Origin: an uncultured Candidatus Saccharibacteria bacterium
GTDB taxonomy: Bacteria > Patescibacteriota > Andersenbacteria > UBA10190 > CAIZMI01
NCBI GenBank assembly: GCA_964396115.1
Contig: CAYNDL010000001.1
Span: 1 to 44,815, forward strand
Length of the DNA: 44,815 nucleotides
Direction of reading: 5' to 3'
The translations under genes were made by a program, and so were the position numbers. Below, in pieces: positions 8,415-17,411 of the stretch. The notes below the pieces were generated by a model that had not been told where the DNA came from, searched no databases, and saw only the letters and a program-made list of their open reading frames with translations. The number at the start of each line of letters is the position of its first letter. Within the stretch, counting starts at the first letter, position 1.

Positions 8415-9203
8415 CTAGTCCTGAATTTTTAGTAAGAATCCCTTTGCTCGTGCCTTCTCAAACATGTATGTGAAGAACATGAAAGCGATCACAACATAAG
8501 CAATATTTAACCCGAACGCCCATGTCACGTGCTCCATTGGCAAACGATTTTCAATAAATACCGAACGAAGTGCTTCGAACACATGCGTTATTGGCAGCCA
8601 CCAAATGATCTTTTGGACCCACTCAGGGTATATAGACATGGGGAAGAATACTGCACCGAAAGGTTGTAAGAAAAAAGCAAAGCCCCAGGCAAGACTCTCT
8701 GCGCTTTGTCCGTACCGTAAGACAATGGCAGTTATGAATGTCCCTAATGCCCAGCCAAAAAGGATCAGGTTTATGGCGAGCGGGACCAACGCTGGGCCAA
8801 TTGATAGGAGGTTCACGTGATACAAAACGAGGGTGAGAACATAGAGTATTGCTGTAGCTGCAAGAATTCGCAGGATAGCAATGATAACGAGCCCAACCAG
8901 GTATTCGTACATCGATATGGGCGACACAAAAATATTCATTAGGTTCCTGCTCCATAGTTCCATGAGGAAAGAAACAGAAATTGACTGCTGAATGCGCGAA
9001 AACATTTGCCACAACAGCAATGACCCCAGCAGCACGACTAACACATAGCCAGTAGAGGAAAGGTCACGTACATAGAGGGCGAAGAAGCCCCAAAGCAGCA
9101 ACTCAAAGAAAGGCCACAGAACAAGTTCATTTAATCGAGCAAGATTCGCTCGGTAAACTGATATGTGTCGGAGAACGATCCCCCAAATTCTAGATAGACT
9201 CAT
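8415..9203 (-). CDS. ABC-2 type transporter permease
   Basis: About 6 TM helices and ~260 aa. ATGA overlap (9200-9203) with the upstream ATPase gene. Confidence 0.85.
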   Translation of the reverse strand: MSLSRIWGIVLRHISVYRANLARLNELVLWPFFELLLWGFFALYVRDLSSTGYVLVVLLGSLLLWQMFSRIQQSISVSFLMELWSRNLMNIFVSPISMYEYLVGLVIIAILRILAATAILYVLTLVLYHVNLLSIGPALVPLAINLILFGWALGTFITAIVLRYGQSAESLAWGFAFFLQPFGAVFFPMSIYPEWVQKIIWWLPITHVFEALRSVFIENRLPMEHVTWAFGLNIAYVVIAFMFFTYMFEKARAKGFLLKIQD

Positions 9204-9952
9204 TTGATCGTTTCCAATGTGGCACCCTCTTTTCTTGCGAGAGTGATAAAAAATTCTTCCAACGTATTGTGTTTATGCTGTTCTAGGATATCTTTTGGTT
9301 TTCCTTCCGCGATTATTCTTCCCTTGTATAAAAAGACAATACGGTCTGAAATGCGTTCGACTTCTTGCATATTATGCGAGGTGTAGAACAGGGTTAGGTT
9401 TCTTTCGTTTCTGAGTTTAAACAAGAGATTTCTTACTGTATCGGCTGCCTCGGGATCCAAGGAAGCTGTAGGTTCATCCAAAAATAATATTTCCGGGTCG
9501 TTCAGAAATGCTTTGAGGAGGTTTACCCGGGCGGTTTCTCCTGAAGAAAGAGACATTGTCCGCCTTTTCAGAAGATGAGTTACCCCAAAAACCTGTGCAA
9601 GGTCATTAATCTTTTGTTTGTAATTTTTTACAGAATAAAGATGTGCAAAGATGTGGAGGTTATTTAAGACTTGTAAGCCGTACGGCATGTTGACGTACGG
9701 GGAAGAAAAATTAACTTTCTCCAATATCTTTTGTCTGTCTTTCGGCATGTCCATTCCGAGAATACTAATCTTACCTGTTGTAGGTGTAAGAAGTCCTAAG
9801 AGCATTGCAATCGTGGTTGTTTTACCTGCCCCGTTTGGACCCAGAAAACTCAATATTTCGCCGCGTTTAACAGTAAATGAAATATTGTCTAATGCCGTCG
9901 TTTCCTTAAATTTTTTGCTTAAGTTATCTACTACAATAATATCGTCACTCAT
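9200..9952 (-). CDS. ABC transporter ATP-binding protein (ABC-2/DrrA-NodI-like exporter ATPase)
   Basis: Walker A GPNGAGKTTT, signature LSSGETARV, Walker B ILFLDEPTASLD, and the H-loop in TSHNM. Confidence 0.95.
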   Translation of the reverse strand: MSDDIIVVDNLSKKFKETTALDNISFTVKRGEILSFLGPNGAGKTTTIAMLLGLLTPTTGKISILGMDMPKDRQKILEKVNFSSPYVNMPYGLQVLNNLHIFAHLYSVKNYKQKINDLAQVFGVTHLLKRRTMSLSSGETARVNLLKAFLNDPEILFLDEPTASLDPEAADTVRNLLFKLRNERNLTLFYTSHNMQEVERISDRIVFLYKGRIIAEGKPKDILEQHKHNTLEEFFITLARKEGATLETIK

Positions 9953-9976
9953 AAATATTTTATTAACAACCTCGGT

Positions 9977-11329
9977 CTAGGAGGTTAGTGCCTTCTTTGC
10001 CTCACTTGTAAGTATATTAAACACTTCTTCAGATGCTGCCTCGGTGATAATTCTCACAATGGGTTCAGTGTTTGAAGGACGAATGTGAGTCCAGCCGCCC
10101 TCAATATCAACTCTTATTCCGTCTATCGTTGAAACTTGTGCGTTGGGGAAAGTTGCGATTAATTTTTTGCGGAGGTCTTCTTTATTGAATACACCACTAC
10201 GGGGGAATTTTTCTTTCACCATATTGTATTTAGGAATTGAATTCACTAACTCAGACAACTTTTTTTTCTGAGTCGCCATGAGGTCGAGAATGAGTGCTAT
10301 TCCAACTAAAGAGTCACGACCTTCGTGGCAGGCAGGAAAGATAACCCCTCCGTTTCCTTCGCCGCCCGCAACTGCATGGTTAACTCGCATGCCTTCAACG
10401 ACATTCCTTTCTCCCACAGCAGTTCGGACAACCTGAACCGAAAACATTTTGGCCACGTCATCAATCATGCGTGAAGTGGAAAGGTTCGCTGCAACGGAAC
10501 CAGTTTTCTTGGACAGTATTGTTAGAAGTGCGAGCGCTAAAGTGTATTCCTCGCTGATGGCTGCACCTTTTTCATCGATAAGAGCCAGCCGGTCTGCGTC
10601 AGGGTCCACCGCAATGCCGATATCTGACTGTTTGTCCTTTATTGCTGCAGCCAACTGTGTCAGGTTCTCCGGCCTGGGTTCGGGATTGTGTGAAAAGAGA
10701 CCGTTGACTTCGCCATTGACCATGGTTATGTCGCAACCGAGTTTGTCTAGAAGTATTGGGACTGCTATCGCACCGGCACTGTTTACCGGATCCAGACACA
10801 CTTTAAATTTCCGCCCCCTGATTGCCTCAATGTTTATCGGTAGTGTCGATATAACTTTTTCAACATGATTTTGCGCCGCATTTTCATCGTACGATGTTTT
10901 ACCCTTCACGTCTGCTATTTCCTGTTCGCGGACCTCTGCTTTCAATGCCTCAATTTCTTGTTCATTAAGGAAAACCCCATCTGGTCCCACGAATTTTAGC
11001 CCGTTCCATTCAACAGGGTTATGGCTCGCACTAATTATTATTCCGCCTTGTGCACTATGTTTTGTAACGGCAACCTCTATGGTGGGTGTTGTTGCGACCC
11101 CTAGCTTTATGGCATCCGCACCATGATCGGTTATTGATTCGGCGGAGACCTTTTCTGCCCACTCTCCGGACTGTCTGGCATCGCGACCGATCACTATTGT
11201 TGCGTGTCCAAACCTCTTTTTTGAATAAGCCGCGAAGGCTGTTGCCCAAGATTTTACGAGCTCCTCTGTGAAAGTTCTTCCCACTAGCCCCCGTATTCCA
11301 GAAACCGATATTAATAAGTCATTATTCAT
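9977..11329 (-). CDS. Phosphohexomutase (phosphoglucosamine/phosphomannomutase family), paralog 1
   Basis: Active-site loop ISASHNPVEWNGLKF, Mg loop AVDPDADR, and C-terminal RPSNTEPIVR. ATG at 11329 (MNNDLLISVSGIRG) preferred over the TTG at 11365. Confidence 0.88.
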   Translation of the reverse strand: MNNDLLISVSGIRGLVGRTFTEELVKSWATAFAAYSKKRFGHATIVIGRDARQSGEWAEKVSAESITDHGADAIKLGVATTPTIEVAVTKHSAQGGIIISASHNPVEWNGLKFVGPDGVFLNEQEIEALKAEVREQEIADVKGKTSYDENAAQNHVEKVISTLPINIEAIRGRKFKVCLDPVNSAGAIAVPILLDKLGCDITMVNGEVNGLFSHNPEPRPENLTQLAAAIKDKQSDIGIAVDPDADRLALIDEKGAAISEEYTLALALLTILSKKTGSVAANLSTSRMIDDVAKMFSVQVVRTAVGERNVVEGMRVNHAVAGGEGNGGVIFPACHEGRDSLVGIALILDLMATQKKKLSELVNSIPKYNMVKEKFPRSGVFNKEDLRKKLIATFPNAQVSTIDGIRVDIEGGWTHIRPSNTEPIVRIITEAASEEVFNILTSEAKKALTS

Positions 11330-11433
11330 CTTTAGAGAATAATTGTTTTTCGTATCTTTTTCCAAAAAGTAGGAGCAGGAGAAGCCTTTGACAGATATTT
11401 TAATTGTTATCCTGTTTGGTTTAAGCTATTGGT

Positions 11434-12780
11434 ATGGGATACTCACCTACAATTTTTCGTTCATATGATATAAGGGGAATCGTTCCGGATGAGCTGGACG
11501 AAGCTACCGCCGAGAAAATCGGACGGGCTTTTGTGCAGTTTACTGGGGCCAAAAAGGTGCTTGTCGGTCGGGACATGCGCACAACAGGACAGGCGATCCA
11601 AACAGCCTTGGTTAAAGGAATTACAGAACAAGGGGCAGACGTGGTGGATGTTGGTATGGTTACCACGCCTCTATTTTATTTCTCTGTTTGGAAATCGAGC
11701 GCGGATGCAGGAGTAATGGTTTCTGCTTCGCATAATCCGGGGAAATACAACGGTTTCAAAATGACTAAGGCACAAGCTGTGCCAATTTCCAAGGATACCG
11801 GTCTGATGGAGATTAAATCGTTGGCGGAAGCTAATAGTTTCGTTCCTTCGCCAGTGGCGGGACAACAAAGTGCTGCAAACTACACAGACGAATATCTTGA
11901 ATACGTACTCGGGGAGTCCGCAGGAATAACGGGGAAGAAGATAGTAATAGACGCGGGTAATGGGATGTCCGGAATTCTTCTGCCGAGGTTATTAGAGAAG
12001 CTACCTCAGGTACAATCGGTAAACATGTATTTCGAACCGGATGGAACTTTTCCAAACCACGAGGCGAATCCGCTGGAAGAAAAGAACATGCGTGACCTGC
12101 AGGAAATGATGCACAAAGAGAAGGCTGATTTGGGGGTGGCTTTTGACGGTGATGCTGACCGCGTCGGGTTTACGGATGAAAACGGCGTTACTGTTACAGG
12201 TGATTTGATCGGTGCGCTGATTGCCCAAGAAATCCTTAAGAATAATCCTGGGGCAAAGATTCTCTATGACTTGCGTTCTTCCTGGGCTGCGAAAGAAGCT
12301 ATCGAAGCTGCGGGCGGTGTGCCGGTGATGTCGCGAGTCGGACACTCCTACATAAAAGAACTTATGCGTAGGGAAGGAGCAGCATTTGCGGCCGAACTTT
12401 CGAGTCATTTCTATTTTTCCGATTTTTATGCAGAATCTGCGCTGCGGGCGATGGTCCTCTTGTTGCGAGTAATGTCTGATAAGAAACAAAAATTATCGGA
12501 ACTGGTCGCGCCACTAAGGAAATATGCCAAGACTCCTGAAATTAACTTTGAGGTTCTTGATAAGGCAGCAGCGATTGCGGAGGCGAAGAAACGCTACGCA
12601 GACGGTAAACAGTTTGAGTTGGATGGGCTCTCTGTGGAATATACCGACTGGTGGTTTAACCTTAGGGCATCAGGGACAGAGCCTTTACTTCGTTTGAATA
12701 TGGAGGCCAAGACGCCGGAACTGCTAAAAGAAAAGCAGGAAGAACTATACTCGTTCTTGGGACAGCCAATACAGCATTAA
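11434..12780 (+). CDS. Phosphomannomutase/phosphoglucomutase, paralog 2
   Basis: FRSYDIRG, VSASHNPGKYNGFK, AFDGDADR, RASGTEPLLR. Divergently transcribed from paralog 1. Confidence 0.9.
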   Translation: MGYSPTIFRSYDIRGIVPDELDEATAEKIGRAFVQFTGAKKVLVGRDMRTTGQAIQTALVKGITEQGADVVDVGMVTTPLFYFSVWKSSADAGVMVSASHNPGKYNGFKMTKAQAVPISKDTGLMEIKSLAEANSFVPSPVAGQQSAANYTDEYLEYVLGESAGITGKKIVIDAGNGMSGILLPRLLEKLPQVQSVNMYFEPDGTFPNHEANPLEEKNMRDLQEMMHKEKADLGVAFDGDADRVGFTDENGVTVTGDLIGALIAQEILKNNPGAKILYDLRSSWAAKEAIEAAGGVPVMSRVGHSYIKELMRREGAAFAAELSSHFYFSDFYAESALRAMVLLLRVMSDKKQKLSELVAPLRKYAKTPEINFEVLDKAAAIAEAKKRYADGKQFELDGLSVEYTDWWFNLRASGTEPLLRLNMEAKTPELLKEKQEELYSFLGQPIQH

Positions 12781-12791
12781 AGTAAAAACAA

Positions 12792-12825
12792 AAGAAGCGA
12801 GAATATTTTTTCTCGCTTCTTTTTA
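12792..12825. terminator. Bidirectional intrinsic terminator (phosphomannomutase / trpS convergent pair)
   Basis: AAGAAGCGAGA (12792-12802), loop atattttt, TCTCGCTTCTT (12811-12821), then ttt. A-rich on the 5' side. Confidence 0.8.
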
Positions 12826-12871
12826 TTTAGTTGTCTATTTTTGTTTTCCCCTCCCGAAAACGTAGCCAGGC

Positions 12872-13882
12872 TCAGGAAATTTGGGTAAAGCCCATGCGTG
12901 CTTTCATTTCCCTGAGGTTCTTTAGCGCTTCTTCATTCGCGCGCCGTGCACCTAACTGCAGTGTTGCCATCAATGACGATTCATTCTCAAGATGTTCTCG
13001 AATCTTATTTCTGATGGGCGTTAGTTTATCAATCAACAAGTCTGCTATTTCGCTCTTGATATTAGCATAGCCCTTTCCCCCAAATGTGTTCAATACTTCG
13101 TCCACACTTTTTTCAGAGAATGCGATATAAATTGAAAGAAGATTCTTCATAGCGGGTCCAATTTCTTCCGGATTCAATGATGTTCCGGAATCTGTTACTG
13201 CGCTTTTAATTTTTTTCTGGATGTCGTCTTGCGAGTCGGTGAGGAAAATTGCCTCGTTTGGGTTTCCTGACTTACTCATTTTCTTCTTTGGGTCCTTTAA
13301 CGACATAACGCGAGCCACTTCCTTTACAACATATGGTTGCGGTTCCGTAAAAAGATGTGTGAATAGGTCGTTGAACCTTCTTGCTAACATCCTGGTTAAC
13401 TCGAGATGTTGCACTTGGTCTTCACCGACTGGCACAAAGTCGGTTTGGTACAAGAGTATATCGACGGCTTGGAGGATTGGATAAATGAATAGACCAGCAC
13501 TGACGTTGCTCTTTCCTGTGCTTTTTTCTTTGAACTGGGTCATGCGGTTCAGTTCGCTGATTTTTGTTTGACAAGCCATGTACCATGCCGCTTCCGTATG
13601 TGCTGGGACGTGTGACTGAACAAATAAAGTGCTTTTTTCTGGATCAATCCCAATTGCGAGCAGGGTAGCGGCACTTGTTAAAACATTTGTATGGTAGGTT
13701 CCGGCATCATAAGGAACCGTAATGGCATGAAGGTCAGCCACGAACCAATAACAATTGTTTTTGGCGTTCTGGAGCGCCACCCATTGTTTCAGAGCCCCTA
13801 GATAATTTCCGATATGCGGTACTCCTGTGGGTTGGATACCACTTAATACTCTTTTGCCTGTTGGTAGACTTCCTTCTTTCAT
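12872..13882 (-). CDS. trpS: Tryptophan--tRNA ligase
   Basis: Class I HIGH-type motif GIQPTGVPHIGNYLGA and KMSKS. Confidence 0.97.
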   Translation of the reverse strand: MKEGSLPTGKRVLSGIQPTGVPHIGNYLGALKQWVALQNAKNNCYWFVADLHAITVPYDAGTYHTNVLTSAATLLAIGIDPEKSTLFVQSHVPAHTEAAWYMACQTKISELNRMTQFKEKSTGKSNVSAGLFIYPILQAVDILLYQTDFVPVGEDQVQHLELTRMLARRFNDLFTHLFTEPQPYVVKEVARVMSLKDPKKKMSKSGNPNEAIFLTDSQDDIQKKIKSAVTDSGTSLNPEEIGPAMKNLLSIYIAFSEKSVDEVLNTFGGKGYANIKSEIADLLIDKLTPIRNKIREHLENESSLMATLQLGARRANEEALKNLREMKARMGFTQIS

Positions 13883-13930
13883 GGTTTAAAGGTTACTATA
13901 AAAGATAATACATTAGAAGGTCATTGAAAC

Positions 13931-14941
13931 ATGAAAAACAGCACATACATCCTTGGAACCGTCCTCATACTCTCTTCGTTGCCCATATTCTTCATCTCCG
14001 TGCGGGAAAGTTTGACGCAGAACACACGCGGAGTCTTGATGGTCTTAGGCTTTGTTTCATTGGCAGTGGCCATGCTAGGAATATTCTTTCCGCAGAGCAG
14101 GACGGCACTGTTCTTCATTGCTACAATTTTGTCACTAAATATATTGATATTATTGGCTTTTGGAGCAGTGGCTCTTGTCGCCCGGCTAACTTCTGAAAAG
14201 AATAATCCCAACCCCCCTGTAGTGACTGTTGATGTTAAAGACACCCAGCCGACCAAGCAACAGGAATACGATGTGGTCTTACATAAGATCGCGGGTCTTG
14301 GTGATGAAGTACATGATTCGAGGAGCTACGAAGAAGCGTGTCAACCTAAAGTTCAGATTTTGAATACCCGTTACACAGGAATAATTAATTTTCAGCTTCT
14401 CTCAAGTGACCGTGCAGAGAACGAAGGTGCGAAGGCTTTTCGGAGATCTGCGTACATGGGAGGCCAATACTCATGTCGGTTCGGGGGTAAGTTTCTCAGC
14501 AACGCCAAAGTCGAACCGAAAGCCGTTGGTTCCCAAACGTTCACGATGTCTCATTTAGTTGGCTTAAAGTTCCAATACCCTGTTCTTGAAGGTTATGAAA
14601 TTAAGACTGAATACGACGAAGAAAAGAAGGCAGGATTGGTAATGTATGTTGGAAAAGATAAGACTAAGCCAGCGCCAACAATTGTAGTTCAAGTATTTGA
14701 TTCGCCGGTGGGTTCTTTTAAGGAAGACTTGAGGCCTAAGGAGAACATTCTTATTTGGGATGACCATGGAATAGGCCACGAGTATTCTTTAAACAGTCCT
14801 ATTGAGAACTTAGATTCAACAATTGAATTTAGAGTGAGTGATAAGGAATATTACGATATTTCGACTGCAAACTTCCTATTAAACGGAATACCCGAAGAAA
14901 AAATTCTTCGGGTAATAATCGATTCCGTCAGCAGTCGCTGA
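13931..14941 (+). CDS. Membrane-anchored hypothetical protein (3 N-terminal TM helices plus ~230-aa extracytoplasmic domain)
   Basis: Long ORF with an ATG start, hydrophobic N-terminus, and no motif I recognise in the C-terminal domain. Confidence 0.7.
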   Translation: MKNSTYILGTVLILSSLPIFFISVRESLTQNTRGVLMVLGFVSLAVAMLGIFFPQSRTALFFIATILSLNILILLAFGAVALVARLTSEKNNPNPPVVTVDVKDTQPTKQQEYDVVLHKIAGLGDEVHDSRSYEEACQPKVQILNTRYTGIINFQLLSSDRAENEGAKAFRRSAYMGGQYSCRFGGKFLSNAKVEPKAVGSQTFTMSHLVGLKFQYPVLEGYEIKTEYDEEKKAGLVMYVGKDKTKPAPTIVVQVFDSPVGSFKEDLRPKENILIWDDHGIGHEYSLNSPIENLDSTIEFRVSDKEYYDISTANFLLNGIPEEKILRVIIDSVSSR

Positions 14942-16873
14942 TTAAACTTCGATCAAGAGGGGGATAATCATTGGACGGCGCTGTGTCTTGCTGTATAAGA
15001 ATTGTCCCAAGTCATCACGAAGCTTTGCTTTTATGTATGCTTCATTCGGGGGAGTCGAATATTGTTCTTTGCTCCGAGTCTTTCCTAGGATGTCTTTGAT
15101 TTTTCTTTGTGTCTCGTCAATAAGGGCCTTTTGCTCCTTCATATAGACGAAGCCTCTCGAAACAATGTCTGGTTTACCAATCATCTCACCTGTCTGGTGG
15201 GCCATCTTGATGATTGTGACAACAATTCCGTCGGAGGCAAGGATCTGCCTGTCGCGCAGAACAACTTCCGCTAAATCGCCAACACCCAGTCCGTCTACCA
15301 TGATGTAGTTAATCTGAAAGCGTTCGTCGGTGACCTTGGCGGCGTGGGGCCGTACTTCCACAACCTGTCCGTTGTCAGGGTAAAGAATATTTTCTTTCGC
15401 CATACCTAGCTCAATTGCCAATCGTCCATGCATTTTTCTGTGGTAGAAATCGCCATATGAAGGAATAAAGAATTCTGGTTTGACCATGCGCAACATTTCT
15501 TTTAGGTCTTCCTGCTTCCCATGCCCGCTAGAATGCACATCCATCATCTGGCTGTGGTACACCTCAGCACCTTGCCGAACAAGATAGTCCTTAAGGTGAC
15601 CAATAGCTCTTTCGTTACCTGGAATCGCTGAAGATGAGAAAATAACAGCGTCACCAGGTTGGATTTCTAATGAGCGATGTTCTTTGTTTACGATGCGCAT
15701 AAGAACCGCCTGCTCCTCTGCCTGTGCACCCGTGCAGATGATCAGTACCTTCTCAGGAGGAAGTTTATTTGTTTCTTCCGAACTGATTATCGTGCCCTTA
15801 GGGATATCGATGTAATTGAGTTCCTGTGCAATCTCTACACTGGTTCTCATGCTGAATCCTTCCACAGCCACCTTTCTGCCGAAGCGTACAGCTAATGCTA
15901 AAAGTTGCTGAATACGTCGTACGTTAGATCCAGTTGTGGAAGCGATAATGCGCCCCTTTGTTTCCTGGAAAATTTTGTCGAAAGTTTCCATAACTGTTTG
16001 TTCTGGAATTGTTGAACCAGGGACATCAGCATTTGTAGAATCACCAAGCATTACGGTAATCCCTTTGCGTCCGATCGCTTCTATGTGTTCCGTTGCTGTA
16101 GGTGCGTCATGAACAGGTCGGGGATCAAACTTGTAGTCGCCTGTGATAAGAGCACTGCCTGCTTGAGTGCGCACAACAAGGCCGACTGCATCAGGAACGC
16201 TGTGCTGGGCATGGAAAGCTTCAATTTCAAATTGGCCAAGACGCAAGACATCTCCTGCTTTAACTTCTTGGGTGATTGGTTTTGCCTGGTGCGGAAAATC
16301 GAGATGGCGGCGCTGAATAAGTTTAGTTGTGAACGATGAACCGTAAACAGGTGGATTACCAATTCTTGGCAGAATATGGGGAAGTGCACCCATATGATCA
16401 AGATGGGCGTGGGTAATGAAGACACCGCGGATATCTCGTTCGCGTCCCCTAAGAAGTGAAATGTCAGGAATAATGTAATCCACACCAGGCATGTCTTCTT
16501 CCGGGAACATGAGTCCGGCATCAACAACAATAATGTCCCTTTTGTATTCAATTGCTAAGCAATTTCGGGCTCCAGTTTCGTCGAAGCCCCCGATAGGAAT
16601 AATACGCATTATACCGTCATCATGTACGGGGAACATTTGGACTTCTGATTGTCTCGTTACCAAAGATGAACGTTGCTGTCCATTCTTCCTTTTTCCCTTA
16701 GGACGTTTTGAACCCTTGCGGGGACCATTGTTATTTTGTTGAGAAGAAAAATTTTTCCCGTGGCCACGCGATTTCTTAAACTTGTGTTGGCTATGGTTTG
16801 GTTGCTTCTTCTCTTCGTTTCCTTTTCCGGGGTTACCGAATGATGGAGTACTAGGCGTTGCTAGAAAATTCAT
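14942..16873 (-). CDS. rnj: Ribonuclease J with ~85-aa basic low-complexity N-terminal extension
   Basis: Metallo-beta-lactamase/beta-CASP core: VFITHAHLDHMGALP, DSTNA, HSSGHG. N-terminus is KKQPNHSQHKFKKSRGHGKN...KRPKGKRKNGQQR. Confidence 0.95.
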   Translation of the reverse strand: MNFLATPSTPSFGNPGKGNEEKKQPNHSQHKFKKSRGHGKNFSSQQNNNGPRKGSKRPKGKRKNGQQRSSLVTRQSEVQMFPVHDDGIMRIIPIGGFDETGARNCLAIEYKRDIIVVDAGLMFPEEDMPGVDYIIPDISLLRGRERDIRGVFITHAHLDHMGALPHILPRIGNPPVYGSSFTTKLIQRRHLDFPHQAKPITQEVKAGDVLRLGQFEIEAFHAQHSVPDAVGLVVRTQAGSALITGDYKFDPRPVHDAPTATEHIEAIGRKGITVMLGDSTNADVPGSTIPEQTVMETFDKIFQETKGRIIASTTGSNVRRIQQLLALAVRFGRKVAVEGFSMRTSVEIAQELNYIDIPKGTIISSEETNKLPPEKVLIICTGAQAEEQAVLMRIVNKEHRSLEIQPGDAVIFSSSAIPGNERAIGHLKDYLVRQGAEVYHSQMMDVHSSGHGKQEDLKEMLRMVKPEFFIPSYGDFYHRKMHGRLAIELGMAKENILYPDNGQVVEVRPHAAKVTDERFQINYIMVDGLGVGDLAEVVLRDRQILASDGIVVTIIKMAHQTGEMIGKPDIVSRGFVYMKEQKALIDETQRKIKDILGKTRSKEQYSTPPNEAYIKAKLRDDLGQFLYSKTQRRPMIIPLLIEV

Positions 16874-16960
16874 AAATAGATTAATGAGTAAAAATAATTA
16901 AAATAGTACGAAAATGTGATCTATTTTTAGCGCAAAAATATCGTAATTTGTCGCTAACTA

Positions 16961-17025
16961 AAACCCCGAACGGGTTTAAAACAACTTAAGTGTTGTTTCA
17001 GAACAATGGACTAGGCCAGTTGTTC
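16961..17025 (-). other. Three back-to-back stem-loops in the RNase J upstream region
   Basis: Hairpins at 16961-16977 (aaaccc/gggttt), 16979-16998 (aaacaac/gttgttt) and 17001-17025 (gaacaa..tgg/cca..ttgttc). None is followed by a U-run in the transcribed (minus) sense. Confidence 0.4.
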
Positions 17026-17058
17026 TAGGGAATAGATCCCCTTAGGTACGTTTATAAT

Positions 17059-17283
17059 TTAACATTTAATTGTAATTGTGTCAACGGAGTTAGAAATTTG
17101 TTGATCTTGGGAGCGTGCTGCGCAATAAAAACTCACAACCAGCAACCCAAGGGCAAATATTACAAAAAAATTCTTGTAAGAGTCGTTGAGACGGAAAAAG
17201 TAGGAAGCATAGATGGCTAGTCCCGTGAATAACACTGCGCCAACAAAGGAAACCAAAGAAAGAATACCCCAAAGCATAAGCAC
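17059..17283 (-). CDS. Small two-TM membrane protein (hypothetical)
   Basis: Two clear hydrophobic helices. GTG at 17283 or ATG at 17277 could be the start. Confidence 0.5.
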   Translation of the reverse strand: MLMLWGILSLVSFVGAVLFTGLAIYASYFFRLNDSYKNFFVIFALGLLVVSFYCAARSQDQQISNSVDTITIKC

Positions 17284-17315
17284 TTATCTGTACCTTCTTA
17301 ACCACGTATTTTCTG

Positions 17316-17343
17316 TAATCAGAAGTACACTGTACTGTGATTA
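17316..17343. promoter_or_regulatory. Composite dyad TAATCA-ga-AGTACA-c-TGTACT-g-TGATTA upstream of ku
   Basis: Read directly. The inner 13-bp palindrome 17324-17336 is perfect and the outer 6-bp arms are at 17316-17321 and 17338-17343. It lies in the divergent intergenic region, 69 nt before the ku ATG. Confidence 0.35.
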
Positions 17344-17411
17344 TTTTTACATTAACGGCGGGTTTTGTTGCATAAAATATAAGCCTCACCAGAAGCATTA
17401 ATTTTATTGCC

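Noticed and set aside
5038-9952. A NodU-like carbamoyltransferase plus a NodI/NodJ-like ABC-2 exporter as a Nod-factor-like glycolipid export system.
   Set aside because: The genes are separated by ychF and an unrelated divergent gene with its own terminator. Family-level similarity alone does not link them, and no NodC-like chitin synthase is adjacent.
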